A DNA stretch of 64,000 nt, taken from IMG/VR virus record IMGVR_UViG_3300042881_004206, one strand, 5' to 3'. The DNA comes from a virus (lineage: Duplodnaviria; Caudoviricetes). Both the position numbers and the translations under genes were made by a program. The notes beneath the pieces are model-generated. The model worked only from the letters and a program-made list of their open reading frames with translations. It was not told the origin of the DNA and did no database searches. Positions 45,127 through 55,546 of the stretch are shown in pieces (within the stretch, counting starts at the first letter, position 1; each line of letters opens with the position of its first letter).

Positions 45127-45866
45127 AAGAATTTCATGGCCATTCTGGTAGCCAAGTTTATTTGATGGAGAATGAACACGGACTATATGTTAAGAAAAAT
45201 GGTAATGTGTTAAGAAACATCGAAAGGATGCAGGCATTATTGAATGCTGGTTTTCCCGTGCCAAAAATTTATATTTGTGACTCGCAAACAATGAATATGC
45301 AATATATTCATGGTCTCGACATGAAAAATTATTTAATTCATTCCGACACAGATCCTTTGATTAATTTTATCAAGGAAACAATAGATAAATTTAAGTCTAA
45401 TACAAAAGAAAAAGACTACACGGAAATATACAATCAGAAGTTAATGTGGATGAATCAAGATAGTAATCTACCATTTACAAAAGATGAACTAATAGAATTA
45501 TTACCTAAAAAATTACCACAATCATTATATCACGGCGATATGACATTAGAAAATATTATGCATACAAAAAAAGGTTTCTATTTTATTGATCCCGTGACAA
45601 TCGAATATGACTCATACATATTTGATATAGCTAAATTGAGACAAGATTTGGAATGTAAATGGTTTCTGAGAAATGAAAATCTAAAATTGGATGTTAAGTT
45701 ACAGAATATTAAAGATGAATTAAAATATTTTTATCCACAAGCTTTCAATGATTCATTATTAATACTGATGTTACTCAGAGTTTATGTACATTGCAAAAAA
45801 GATGATTTCAATTATAATTTTGTGAAAAGAAATATAGAACAATTGTGGAATTATTTAAAAACATAA
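45111..45866 (+). CDS. APH/choline-kinase-like phosphotransferase
   Basis: GHSGS, YHGDMTLENI and FIDP...FDIAKLRQDL. Confidence 0.8.
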   Translation: MDKIVKEFHGHSGSQVYLMENEHGLYVKKNGNVLRNIERMQALLNAGFPVPKIYICDSQTMNMQYIHGLDMKNYLIHSDTDPLINFIKETIDKFKSNTKEKDYTEIYNQKLMWMNQDSNLPFTKDELIELLPKKLPQSLYHGDMTLENIMHTKKGFYFIDPVTIEYDSYIFDIAKLRQDLECKWFLRNENLKLDVKLQNIKDELKYFYPQAFNDSLLILMLLRVYVHCKKDDFNYNFVKRNIEQLWNYLKT

Positions 45867-45882
45867 GTGAAATGGAATAACT

Positions 45883-46914
45883 ATGGAAATTATTGTGCCT
45901 GCGGCTGGATTATCAACTCGTTTTCCAGATATGAAACCAAAATATCTTCTTTTTGACTACAAACACGATATGATGCTCTCAAATTCTGTTTACAGATATA
46001 AGGAGATGGGACACAATATCACTATTGGTATCTTAAAGGAACATGATGAAAAATACAACGCAAAAGATTTTATACATCATGAATTGGGAGAAGATGTGCG
46101 AGTTGTAATTTTAGAAAAGCCAACGAGAGGTCCTGCTGAAACCGTCTATGAAATCCTAAAGATAGCAAATATTGTCGATGACGAAATCTTTATCAAAGAT
46201 TGTGACAGTTTCTTTGATCATGAAATAGAATCTGGAAATTATATTTGTGTTTCAGACATTACAAAGCACGAAGTGTTGAAAAAACTCTCATCAAAAAGCT
46301 TTGTTATTGCAAATGAACAGATGATCATTACGAACATAATTGAAAAGCGGGTTGTTTCTAATACATTTTGTGTTGGTGGTTATAAATTCAGCAGAGCAAA
46401 AGATTATATCGAATCGTATGAAGAAATATGCAAATATACAGGAGAAATATTTGTATCTGATGTAATTGGAAGGATGATTGACAAAAATCATGTTTTCATC
46501 AAAAAAGATGTGACGAATTATTTTGATGTTGGTACTGCACAAGATTGGTTTGAATATAATGATAAACCTGTATTCTTCTGTGATATTGACGGCACACTCA
46601 TAAAATCACAAACAAGAGTTGGATCAAACACATATTATGATCCACCAATTGTTTTAGAGAACAATGTAAAAATTATGTTGGAATATCAAAGTAAAGGCGC
46701 ACAAATTATTTTTACCACTTCTCGACCTAAATCTGTTGATCACATTACACGGTCCATGTTAGAATCTTTAGGTTTCAAAAACATTCAATTGATTTCCGGA
46801 TTACTTAATTCCAAACGAATACTGATAAATGATTTTAATGCTGGAAATCCTTTTCCGAGGGCCGAGGCTATAAATTTATTCAGAGATGATGATTTATTGA
46901 AAAATTTTCTATGA
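45883..46914 (+). CDS. Nucleotidyltransferase fused to HAD phosphatase
   Basis: IVPAAGLSTRF N-terminus; FCDIDGTL, FTTSRP and LINDF HAD motifs. Confidence 0.82.
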   Translation: MEIIVPAAGLSTRFPDMKPKYLLFDYKHDMMLSNSVYRYKEMGHNITIGILKEHDEKYNAKDFIHHELGEDVRVVILEKPTRGPAETVYEILKIANIVDDEIFIKDCDSFFDHEIESGNYICVSDITKHEVLKKLSSKSFVIANEQMIITNIIEKRVVSNTFCVGGYKFSRAKDYIESYEEICKYTGEIFVSDVIGRMIDKNHVFIKKDVTNYFDVGTAQDWFEYNDKPVFFCDIDGTLIKSQTRVGSNTYYDPPIVLENNVKIMLEYQSKGAQIIFTTSRPKSVDHITRSMLESLGFKNIQLISGLLNSKRILINDFNAGNPFPRAEAINLFRDDDLLKNFL

Positions 46915-47606
46915 TTCCAGATAAAAATTTATTTATTGTAACATCTTGTATAAAACCCGTAATTGGTGTTTTTTCAGAAGAAGTTAGATTTTTGCAAACA
47001 ATCGATTCACTAATATCAATTAGAGAAAAAGATCCTGATGCGATTATATTTTTGTGTGATGCATCTGTAAATAAACTCACCGAAAAAGAATTAGATAAAC
47101 TAAATCGATATTGCAATTTGTTTATTGACATGAATAATTTTCCTCATGTCAGAGAACTTTCATCTAAAGGTCTAAAAAGTCATGCCGAAAATGCTCTAAT
47201 GTTTGGAGTATTGGCATCACTAAAACAAGGTGTAAATTCACAGAAAATGATGTATTCTGTGAAAAGAATATTCAAATATTCTGCACGAACAAACTTAAAT
47301 GAAAACTTTAGATTAGAAGATTATGATAATCTTTTCGGCAAGTTTGTTTTCAAGAAAAGAATACCAACTTGGATGCAAAATGTACAAAATGATGCAACGA
47401 ATCTTTTAATAACAAGACTGTTTTCTTTTTGTCCCTCGTTGATTGATGTATACTTGAATGTCATCAATGAGAATTTCAGATTATTGAATTATATGGACAC
47501 CGAACATGCACACTTTGTAAACATACCAAAAAAATACTTAGTGGAGTTCGATAATATAGGTTGCGTGGGTTTTTTGGCAGGAAATGGTGCGACCGAGGTA
47601 TATTAA
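46911..47606 (+). CDS. Hypothetical protein (possible glycosyltransferase-associated)
   Basis: FIVTSCI...RFLQTIDSLISIR...IFKYSAR; last gene of cluster. Confidence 0.5.
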   Translation: MIPDKNLFIVTSCIKPVIGVFSEEVRFLQTIDSLISIREKDPDAIIFLCDASVNKLTEKELDKLNRYCNLFIDMNNFPHVRELSSKGLKSHAENALMFGVLASLKQGVNSQKMMYSVKRIFKYSARTNLNENFRLEDYDNLFGKFVFKKRIPTWMQNVQNDATNLLITRLFSFCPSLIDVYLNVINENFRLLNYMDTEHAHFVNIPKKYLVEFDNIGCVGFLAGNGATEVY

Positions 47607-47643
47607 TTCCAAGGTTTTGACTTTTATATATCAAATACAAGAT

Positions 47644-47684
47644 TTGACTTTTTAAACCTCTTATGATATAATTCGTTATAAATA
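47644..47684 (+). promoter_or_regulatory. Tandem sigma70 and late promoters
   Basis: TTGACT-17-TATAAT (47644-47672) with TG, then TATAAATA (47677-47684). Confidence 0.72.
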
Positions 47685-47729
47685 ACTCCACGGGCAACCA
47701 AAGTGTGTTGCATATCTAGAGGTAAATTA

Positions 47730-48923
47730 ATGAAATCTTTCGTTTCGTTTCTCCGTGAAGAATCAGAACAGCCGGAAGGCGAAAAACTCAAACATATTGA
47801 GCACCTAGAAGACCATCCTATTAACGATGGTAAAAGGGGATTTGAACACGCCGTTGGTGCATTAGATCAGGCACACAAACACATCATTGCTGGTAGTCAC
47901 GATTCAACTTTGACTATGAAACACGATGGATCACCTTCTATTGTATTTGGTCATCATCCTGAAACTGGCAAGTTTTTTGTGGCATCAAAATCGGCTTTCA
48001 ATAAGAATCCAAAAATCAACTACACACCAGAAGATATTAAAAATAACCATGGCCATGCACCAGGTCTAGTAGAAAAATTAACTCACGCACTACAACACCT
48101 ACCTAAAATTACACCAAAACAGGGTGTTTTTCAAGGTGATGTTCTTTTCTCCGGCAAAGACAAGACTACTTCCGGCGGTGTAACAAAGTTTACTCCCAAC
48201 ACAATCACTTATTCCGCAGACAATCCGGAAGAAGAAAAAAAGATCCGTAAGGCCAAATTCGGCATCTATAATCATACAGAGTATGTTGGTAAGTCTGCCA
48301 AGGCAATGACTGCAAACTACAGTCCCAACTTTGAAAATTTCAAAGAACATCCCGAGGTATATCACCGAATGGGTGGTCATGATACATCTAAGGTCAAAAT
48401 GACTGGCAATCAACATGTTGAATATGCGCAACATCTGAAAGCTGCAAATAAAGTGCATAATGCACACGGCAACTACATGTATGATGCGCTGGAAAACCCT
48501 GGATCCTATGGATCACTTCGTGATCATGTGAAAACATACATTAATTCAACTGTGGATACACAAGAAAAACCATCTGTTCCGGGTTTACAGAAACATTTGG
48601 AAAACAAATACAACAAACAGATCGACAAAGTTAAAACTGATGCTGCCAAGAAAAAGTATCAGGATGAAGTTGCGAGTCACATTAAACATACCAATTTACA
48701 CAAACAAAACTTAGAAAATGTATTCTCTGTACACCATCACTTGCAGAAAGCTAAAGATGTTCTCGTACATGCACTCTCAACACATACTGGTGGTCTCAAA
48801 CATGAATATAAAGGACAACCAGTGAAACCTGAGGGATTTGTAATTAACCATGAAGGTCAACTATCAAAATTCAATGACCGCAATGAATTCAATAGACTCA
48901 ACAGACTAGCAAGATCAAAATGA
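47730..48923 (+). CDS. Ligase-like nucleotidyltransferase-fold protein with capsid-targeting-like N-terminus
   Basis: MKSFVSFLREE; KHDG (motif I KxDG), QGD, EGFVI and K in motif order. Confidence 0.6.
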   Translation: MKSFVSFLREESEQPEGEKLKHIEHLEDHPINDGKRGFEHAVGALDQAHKHIIAGSHDSTLTMKHDGSPSIVFGHHPETGKFFVASKSAFNKNPKINYTPEDIKNNHGHAPGLVEKLTHALQHLPKITPKQGVFQGDVLFSGKDKTTSGGVTKFTPNTITYSADNPEEEKKIRKAKFGIYNHTEYVGKSAKAMTANYSPNFENFKEHPEVYHRMGGHDTSKVKMTGNQHVEYAQHLKAANKVHNAHGNYMYDALENPGSYGSLRDHVKTYINSTVDTQEKPSVPGLQKHLENKYNKQIDKVKTDAAKKKYQDEVASHIKHTNLHKQNLENVFSVHHHLQKAKDVLVHALSTHTGGLKHEYKGQPVKPEGFVINHEGQLSKFNDRNEFNRLNRLARSK

Positions 48924-50734
48924 AGAAATTTTCAGAATTAGTAGAAGAAAAAAACAAACATCTCGTGATGTTGTTTGGACGCATGAATCCACCAACTAAA
49001 GGTCACGAAGAAAACGTCGAGGGAATGAAAAAAATGGCCCAACGAAATGGTGCCGACCATCTTGTTGTTGCTTCACATTCACAAGATGCAAAGAAAAATC
49101 CACTTTCTCCTGATGTTAAATTGAAGCATCTAAAACGTTCATTTCCAGATACGAATGTCATTACATCCAGTAAAGAGAAACCATCAATCATGCATCATGC
49201 TGCAGATGCATATAAAAAAGGTTATAGTCATTTGACGGTTGTTGCTGGTGCAGACCGCGTACCTGAATATGAAAGATTATTGAATCACTACAATGGCAAA
49301 TTCAAAGATGAAGCTGGAACACCAGTTGGCCATGGTGGTTATAATTTCAAGAGCATCAAAGTTGTTTCGACTGGTGAAAGAAAAAAAGGTATTTCTGGCA
49401 CCGATATGCGCAATCATGCACAGAACAACGATTTCAAATCTTTTCATGCAAATCTATCCTCGTCAATGAGGAAAAATCCAAATCATGCTAAAGAGTTATT
49501 TCATGATGTTAGAAAAGGTATGGGTTTAAATGAAGACACAAATCGTGGTATTTTCAAAGCCATCTTTGTGACGGGTGGGCCAGGTTCCGGAAAAGATATT
49601 GTTATCCGAGAAGCAATTTCTGAACAAAAAGCCGTTGAAATTAATATCACTCAAGCATATGATTTTCTCTGTGATAAACATAAACTGGCAGAAAAAACAA
49701 ATGATTATCGCAGAGAATCGATCCGTCTTCGTGGCCCATTAATTATCAATGGACCGGCCGATTCAGGAAAAGAAATGATTTGGGTGAAAGAAGAACTGGA
49801 AGAACTCGGTTACCAGACAATGATGGTGTTTGTTGATACGACAAATGAAGTTTCAAAACAAAGAAACATGAAATTGTCGAAAATGATATCGGAATCGATG
49901 CGCCAAGAAAAATGGATGGAAGCACAAAAATGCAAGGAATCTTATCAAAATTGTTTCGATGAATTCATCTATATCAATAACAGTGGATCCTATCAAGAAA
50001 TAGAAGATGATATTACTGATACCTATAAAGAAATAAATACATTTATTGAGGGCAAGAACTATAATGAGATTGCTTCTTATTGTATGGAAAACCGTGGTAA
50101 AAATGAAACCACATCTACTTTGAAGGAAAATGACTATGTTAAGAAAAATTCTAGATTTTTTGAGAATTACAAAACCAGCCGTGCAGGAAAAACACCCACT
50201 GGATATAGCAAAATATCAACCGGTGGTCCAAGAGCAGAAGGTCCAGGAGACATTACCCCAGACAACAGAGCCAGTGACACCAACACAGACAACATCAAGT
50301 GGGACGCACCAAAAAGAACAAAAACCTACACCTTCAGAACCTACAGTGAAGCCAAAGGCACCCCGCAAATCAAGGTCTACCCACAACCAAAAGAAACCAA
50401 CTTCAGTAAAGACAAAGAAAAAGTAAAGAAAAGGGGTATAGTTGATGCACCAACAGTCAGTCAAAGAATGAGAAATGTGACGAGTTTAGGTCCAGAGTTT
50501 GATACTAGACAACAAGGAACTGTGTACCCAATGTCTGGTTTAGGAGATGTGACATATAGAGAAGAAAAGAATTTTAGAAATTTTAAAAAATTCTTAGAAT
50601 CTCACATGGATCCGGGCGACAATGAAATGGGTGTTGGTGGCGTATTAGGTGGATCAACAAACAAAGAACCGATGGAAAACCCAAAGGATAAATTAGGTCA
50701 AACTTACACAATAAAAAAGAATAAAAAGAAATGA
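48920..50734 (+). CDS. Nucleotidyltransferase (HxGH-type) plus P-loop kinase fusion, putative head-internal protein
   Basis: MKKFSELVEE; FGRMNPPTKGH, VVAGADRV, ISGTDMR; then GGPGSGKD and GYQTMMVFVDT..SKQRN. Confidence 0.75.
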   Translation: MKKFSELVEEKNKHLVMLFGRMNPPTKGHEENVEGMKKMAQRNGADHLVVASHSQDAKKNPLSPDVKLKHLKRSFPDTNVITSSKEKPSIMHHAADAYKKGYSHLTVVAGADRVPEYERLLNHYNGKFKDEAGTPVGHGGYNFKSIKVVSTGERKKGISGTDMRNHAQNNDFKSFHANLSSSMRKNPNHAKELFHDVRKGMGLNEDTNRGIFKAIFVTGGPGSGKDIVIREAISEQKAVEINITQAYDFLCDKHKLAEKTNDYRRESIRLRGPLIINGPADSGKEMIWVKEELEELGYQTMMVFVDTTNEVSKQRNMKLSKMISESMRQEKWMEAQKCKESYQNCFDEFIYINNSGSYQEIEDDITDTYKEINTFIEGKNYNEIASYCMENRGKNETTSTLKENDYVKKNSRFFENYKTSRAGKTPTGYSKISTGGPRAEGPGDITPDNRASDTNTDNIKWDAPKRTKTYTFRTYSEAKGTPQIKVYPQPKETNFSKDKEKVKKRGIVDAPTVSQRMRNVTSLGPEFDTRQQGTVYPMSGLGDVTYREEKNFRNFKKFLESHMDPGDNEMGVGGVLGGSTNKEPMENPKDKLGQTYTIKKNKKK

Positions 50735-51846
50735 AAACATTCCTACAACACAGCAAAGATTATGAAAAGTCTGAGATAGAAAGACAACTTGCACATTTTA
50801 GGGATATGGCCGAAAAGAGTAAACTGTCGGCTGAAACCTCTTTGATGCGAGGTGACCTCGATGGTCATGTAACATTCATGGCAAAACATGCTCATTTCAT
50901 GAAGCAATATGATCACTTAAACTCCATAAAGGAAGGTGTTGAAAGGATTGAAGAAGGCGAAAGCATTGTAACACCTAGAAAAACACTTCATGGTGAACCA
51001 CCAAAAGGAACTTACGCATACGAAAGAAAATATGGTGCCTATACTGCCAAGGGTGAGCTTCGAAAGAAACCAAACCCAAATAAACCACCCGTTAAAGAAA
51101 GCATTGATGAAAGCCATGTTGCAATTGCAATGGGTAAAGAAATGGATGATGAAGGAAGTATGATCATGAATCAGCTGGATCAAATTCAGCGTTCATGTGA
51201 AATGCTTCGTAAAGAAATCAAAGATCCAGAAATGCAATTACCTGCATGGGTACAATCCAAAGTAACTTTGGCTGCTGATTATATGGAAACAGTTGCTGGT
51301 TATATGGCAAGCAAGAATGAAAAAGTTAACGAAGAAGTCGAAGAAATTTATGAAGGTGATTATTCGGTAACTGTTAAACACACCAAAGATGGTCAAACGG
51401 TTGATCATGAATATATTGTGAAAAACGCTCAGAGTCCGAGACACGCCAAACATATTGCAATGAACCGACATGAAAATAAAGTTGGTAGATTGCAACCAGG
51501 CGAACAATATAGTGCCAGCAACAACACGGTTAGAGAACTCAATAAAGAAGAAGTTGAAAATATTGAGGAAGCCACACCAGCCTGGCAACGCAAAGAAGGC
51601 AAGTCTGAATCTGGTGGCTTAAATAGAAAAGGTATTGCAAGTTACAGACGCCAAAATCCTGGTTCCAAGTTATCAATGGCTGTTACAACTAAACCATCAA
51701 AATTAAAACCAGGTTCTAAGGCAGCTAATCGCCGCAAATCTTTTTGTGCCAGAATGACAGGAATGAAAAAGAGATTGACTTCTGCCAAGACAGCAAAAGA
51801 TCCAAATTCTAGAATCAACAAATCACTACGCAAGTGGAACTGCTAA
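50731..51846 (+). CDS. Modular putative capsid-internal polyprotein 1
   Basis: MKTFLQH start; modules separated by IDE/IYE/IEE; basic C-module ATPAWQRKEGK..RRKSFCARM. Confidence 0.65.
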   Translation: MKTFLQHSKDYEKSEIERQLAHFRDMAEKSKLSAETSLMRGDLDGHVTFMAKHAHFMKQYDHLNSIKEGVERIEEGESIVTPRKTLHGEPPKGTYAYERKYGAYTAKGELRKKPNPNKPPVKESIDESHVAIAMGKEMDDEGSMIMNQLDQIQRSCEMLRKEIKDPEMQLPAWVQSKVTLAADYMETVAGYMASKNEKVNEEVEEIYEGDYSVTVKHTKDGQTVDHEYIVKNAQSPRHAKHIAMNRHENKVGRLQPGEQYSASNNTVRELNKEEVENIEEATPAWQRKEGKSESGGLNRKGIASYRRQNPGSKLSMAVTTKPSKLKPGSKAANRRKSFCARMTGMKKRLTSAKTAKDPNSRINKSLRKWNC

Positions 51847-51860
51847 ACGGAGAACAATAA

Positions 51861-53060
51861 ATGAACGACCTAAGAAAAAAAGATTCAGTTGCCGATTCAA
51901 TCCAATCAATTTTGGAAAAAGAATTGTCCACAAAACAAAAGAAAATTGCAAAAATGTCTCCACCAGAAGACAAGATTGACGCTGGTGATTTGGCTAAGTT
52001 GAGAGCTGGTCATAAACCAACTAGTGAAGAAATCGATCCTAATAACACAACAACAGATACATTAAAAGGTCGCGAGAAAAAAAGTGATAATCGGTTCCTC
52101 TCAAAGAAAGTTTTGATGGATGTTCCAGGAAATGTTAAAGAAGAATCGGAACAACTGGATGAACTGAAAAAGTCAACTGTAAAATCTTATATTGGCAAGA
52201 AAATGGATTCACTTCCGGGCAAAGATCCGAAGAAGGATCAAGAAAGTCTGATGAGAGCTCACCATCGTGTAACTGGTGTTAAGCCAACATCTGAATCAGT
52301 TAAAACATTAAAATCGTTTAGAGAAGAAATAGAAGAACCTATTTTGGACGAACTGATCAATGAAGTCTTGGGTAAAGACGCATCCGCTGGTGATTGGATT
52401 CACGATTTCGTTCATTCTGATAATCCAAAATTCAAGGGCAAGTCTAAAGCTAAACGCAAAGAAATGGCTTTGGCTGCCTATTATGCAAAACAACGTAATG
52501 AAGAAGTTGAACAATTGGATGAAGGTAAGATGAAAGAACTTTCTATTGATTTGAAAGATATGTCGCATGACGAATTTCAGAAACAATATGGCAAATCAAA
52601 AAGTCATTTCACTTCGAATCCAAAAGAAACTGGCGCAACCGTTTCGAGCATTCGTGCTAAATTAGCAGATAAGAAAATGGCAAAAGAAGAAATTGAAGTT
52701 GAAGAATCTGCTAATCCATTCAGTCCCGACTATAAAAGTCAAATGAAAACCAAACCAGGTGAAAAAGCTGGATTTGACTCCAAGAAAATTTCGACCGGCA
52801 CTGTTTATTCTAAAAAACATAAAGCAGAACCGGAAGATGATAAAAAAAAAGTAAATGAAATGAAAAGACCCGAGAGTGACACTGTTCCTTTTGTGAGTGA
52901 TGTGCCATTTGAGGGTCCTTATAAAAAATCTAGTTCAGCTTCTGTGGTCGACAAATCTGGAGCAAAACATACTCCTATGTCGAGAGTCAAACACTTAGCT
53001 AAACAATCAATGAAAAAAGTTAAAGCAGAAATGATGGGAAAAACAGGCACTTCTGAATAA
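51861..53060 (+). CDS. Modular putative capsid-internal polyprotein 2
   Basis: Repeated EQLDE/LINE/VEE linkers between basic modules such as DWIHDFVHSDNPKFKGKS. Confidence 0.65.
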   Translation: MNDLRKKDSVADSIQSILEKELSTKQKKIAKMSPPEDKIDAGDLAKLRAGHKPTSEEIDPNNTTTDTLKGREKKSDNRFLSKKVLMDVPGNVKEESEQLDELKKSTVKSYIGKKMDSLPGKDPKKDQESLMRAHHRVTGVKPTSESVKTLKSFREEIEEPILDELINEVLGKDASAGDWIHDFVHSDNPKFKGKSKAKRKEMALAAYYAKQRNEEVEQLDEGKMKELSIDLKDMSHDEFQKQYGKSKSHFTSNPKETGATVSSIRAKLADKKMAKEEIEVEESANPFSPDYKSQMKTKPGEKAGFDSKKISTGTVYSKKHKAEPEDDKKKVNEMKRPESDTVPFVSDVPFEGPYKKSSSASVVDKSGAKHTPMSRVKHLAKQSMKKVKAEMMGKTGTSE

Positions 53061-53068
53061 GGTCTAAG

Positions 53069-54403
53069 ATGAATAAATCACAAATTATCAAATCAGTTGT
53101 GAAGAAAAAGGGTCCTCCTACCACATTCGGTACGGACCCACAAAATCCATGGGCAACAAAATCAAATGTGACTGAATCTTCCATCAACGAATGGAAACAA
53201 AGCTCTGCTTTGGTTCGTTTCTTGAAATCAAAAGGTGTTGATCCGCGATATGTCACAAAAGACACAATGATCAGTCATTCGAAATCTGGAGAATTTTCTA
53301 AATGGAAGTCTGACCATAATATATCGGAAGAAGCTGATAAAAAAGATACAATCACTTTCGACATACCATTGATAATTCGCATGTTGGAGTTAGCCAGAGA
53401 AGATTTGAAGTCGGACGCTGATTTGCATCGTGTTGTTGAAAAATTAATTGAAATACGCAACAAAGGCGTATTGACTATGGACGATTATGATTATGTTGCC
53501 AACATTAAAGAAGGTTTTGAAGTTACGGATGAAATGCATGACATGTTGGATGAAGACCTGAGAAAATGGTTTAAACAAAAGTGGGTGCGTATGGATACCA
53601 AAGGTAACATAAAAGGTGATTGTGCTCGTGAACCGGGTGAAGGAAAACCAAAGTGTCTGCCTATGGCTAGAGCGCATGCTTTAGGAAAAGAAGGTCGCGC
53701 ATCTGCGGCTAAACGCAAGCGCAGAGAAGATCCTAATCCCGAAAGAAGAGGAAGTCCAATTAATGTGCGTACAGAAGAAGTTGAAGAATTGAACGAAAAA
53801 AATAAACCAACAAGTCCAGAAAAGTGGGCTCGTGCAAAGGCGGCTGCAAAATCCAAATTTGCAGTTTATCCTTCCGCATATGCAAATGCTTGGGCAGCCA
53901 AGAAATACAAATCCATGGGTGGTGGTTGGAGAAGTACGAACGAAGAATCGGAACAAGTTGACGAGAGATGCTGGCCTGGTTACAGACCAGTTAAAGGTAA
54001 AAAAGCTTATGATAAAGGATCTTGTGTGAAAGAAGACAAGTTTCAAGATCCTTATGCTGCCACACAGACAGTCGGTATGGAAATTGATACAGATTCTGTT
54101 CCAAGTAGAAAAAAAGAATTATCTAAATCTGCAAGAATCATAAAATCGATTTATAAAAAAAAGAACGTGAAAGAGGAATTATATGATCATGAAAAGGAAA
54201 AGAAAGTTCCTTCTTTAGGTAAAAAACCTAAAGTGTCTGAAATAGCTGGCGAAATCGGAAAAATGCCTGCGGCTGCTGCAGTCATGTCTGGTGGAACCAC
54301 CATGACTGGTGAAAAAAGAGATACAGTAGAAATTGACCCAATGATGAAATTCAAAGTTGGAGTTTCCGATAAGTCGGGTCAAGTAGATCCAACAAAAAGA
54401 TAA
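53069..54403 (+). CDS. Modular putative capsid-internal polyprotein 3
   Basis: INE/ISEE/LDE/LNE/VDE linkers; modules LRKWFKQKWV, YPSAYAN and CWPGY..C. Confidence 0.65.
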   Translation: MNKSQIIKSVVKKKGPPTTFGTDPQNPWATKSNVTESSINEWKQSSALVRFLKSKGVDPRYVTKDTMISHSKSGEFSKWKSDHNISEEADKKDTITFDIPLIIRMLELAREDLKSDADLHRVVEKLIEIRNKGVLTMDDYDYVANIKEGFEVTDEMHDMLDEDLRKWFKQKWVRMDTKGNIKGDCAREPGEGKPKCLPMARAHALGKEGRASAAKRKRREDPNPERRGSPINVRTEEVEELNEKNKPTSPEKWARAKAAAKSKFAVYPSAYANAWAAKKYKSMGGGWRSTNEESEQVDERCWPGYRPVKGKKAYDKGSCVKEDKFQDPYAATQTVGMEIDTDSVPSRKKELSKSARIIKSIYKKKNVKEELYDHEKEKKVPSLGKKPKVSEIAGEIGKMPAAAAVMSGGTTMTGEKRDTVEIDPMMKFKVGVSDKSGQVDPTKR

Positions 54404-54439
54404 ATAGTAACATAACCCTCGGTTAAAAGGAGAATAACA

Positions 54440-55123
54440 ATGTCATCTTGGGGAAATAACGACAATGCTGCCAATGCTCCATATTGGGCAGTCAATTCTA
54501 CAATCGTAAATGCAGCTGGAGTAAAGGCTTCCGCTGCAGCACCTACGGCCGCAAACGTTGCTTTATTATATGGCAACACAACCGCTGATGTATACACATC
54601 AGGTGAAACCATCGGTCTGTTTGGTGTTGATGCACAAGAAGCTACAGTTACTCATGCTCAACACACCGGATGGGTGTTGAGAACTACAGGTTCTGGTGGC
54701 CGTGCTAACAGAGTACAACATGAAGTGCTTGTTGCTTTAAGTGAAATGAAAGGACCTGACGGTGATGCGCAGCAGTATCCTAATGTGTCTATCACTTTAG
54801 TCAGCCCATCCGGTGCAACAGTAACTTCCAATACATCCAACGCCAACTTTGCGACATTTACCGTTGGAACATCATTGGTTGGAAACACAAGTGCAACACT
54901 GTCTTACCAGTGGCAAATTAATAGCAATACAGGTTCCCTTGGTTGGACAAATGTTGCAAACAATACACCAACCGCAACTGGTTACCTGGACGGAACAACC
55001 AATACACTCAAGGTTTACCCATACAACGCAACCGCAAACCAGTATGTTGTTCGCGCAATTGTTACGGCAGCCGATCAGGGTGTATCAGCAACATCCGCCA
55101 ACGCAATCGTTACAATTATGTAA
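54440..55123 (+). CDS. Virion structural protein with C-terminal Ig-like domain (head decoration-like)
   Basis: GATAAATA at 54399; Ala/Thr-rich; LSYQWQ...YVVRAIVT Ig pattern; own terminator. Confidence 0.65.
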   Translation: MSSWGNNDNAANAPYWAVNSTIVNAAGVKASAAAPTAANVALLYGNTTADVYTSGETIGLFGVDAQEATVTHAQHTGWVLRTTGSGGRANRVQHEVLVALSEMKGPDGDAQQYPNVSITLVSPSGATVTSNTSNANFATFTVGTSLVGNTSATLSYQWQINSNTGSLGWTNVANNTPTATGYLDGTTNTLKVYPYNATANQYVVRAIVTAADQGVSATSANAIVTIM

Positions 55124-55132
55124 TTTTAGAAC

Positions 55133-55155
55133 GGGGCAGTTCGCTGCCCCTTTTT
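55133..55155 (+). terminator. Intrinsic terminator (UUCG loop)
   Basis: GGGGCAG-TTCG-CTGCCCC followed by TTTTT. Confidence 0.88.
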
Positions 55156-55159
55156 AATT

Positions 55160-55546
55160 ATGTTTGATAATTTGAATGAAGATAATTTTATCATCTACGC
55201 AATGAAGTGTTATACTTCTCCGCATTGTATTATGTCGGAATTTGAAGGTGATATAAAAAGAACAAAATATCTAAAAAGATTGTTTCGAAGATATAAAATT
55301 ACTAAGTCATTAAAAGAACGTTTAATATTGAACCATATTATTCTGTTAAATAATGTATTTGGTAATGAAGCAACAACAAGAATTTTGTTTTACAAAACAG
55401 ATGAACGCGATTATGATGTTTTAAAGACATTTTTAATGTACTTAAATATTATGCCTGATGTGGTGTGTGGCATCAAAGGTAAAAACATACACATAGAAGA
55501 CATTCCTATTGATTCGAATATTGCAGAAATATTAAGTAAAATATGA
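55160..55546 (+). CDS. Conserved T4-like hypothetical protein
   Basis: NFIIYAMKCY..P.C..EFEGDIKRTKYLKRL...RLILNHIILLNNVFG. Confidence 0.65.
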   Translation: MFDNLNEDNFIIYAMKCYTSPHCIMSEFEGDIKRTKYLKRLFRRYKITKSLKERLILNHIILLNNVFGNEATTRILFYKTDERDYDVLKTFLMYLNIMPDVVCGIKGKNIHIEDIPIDSNIAEILSKI

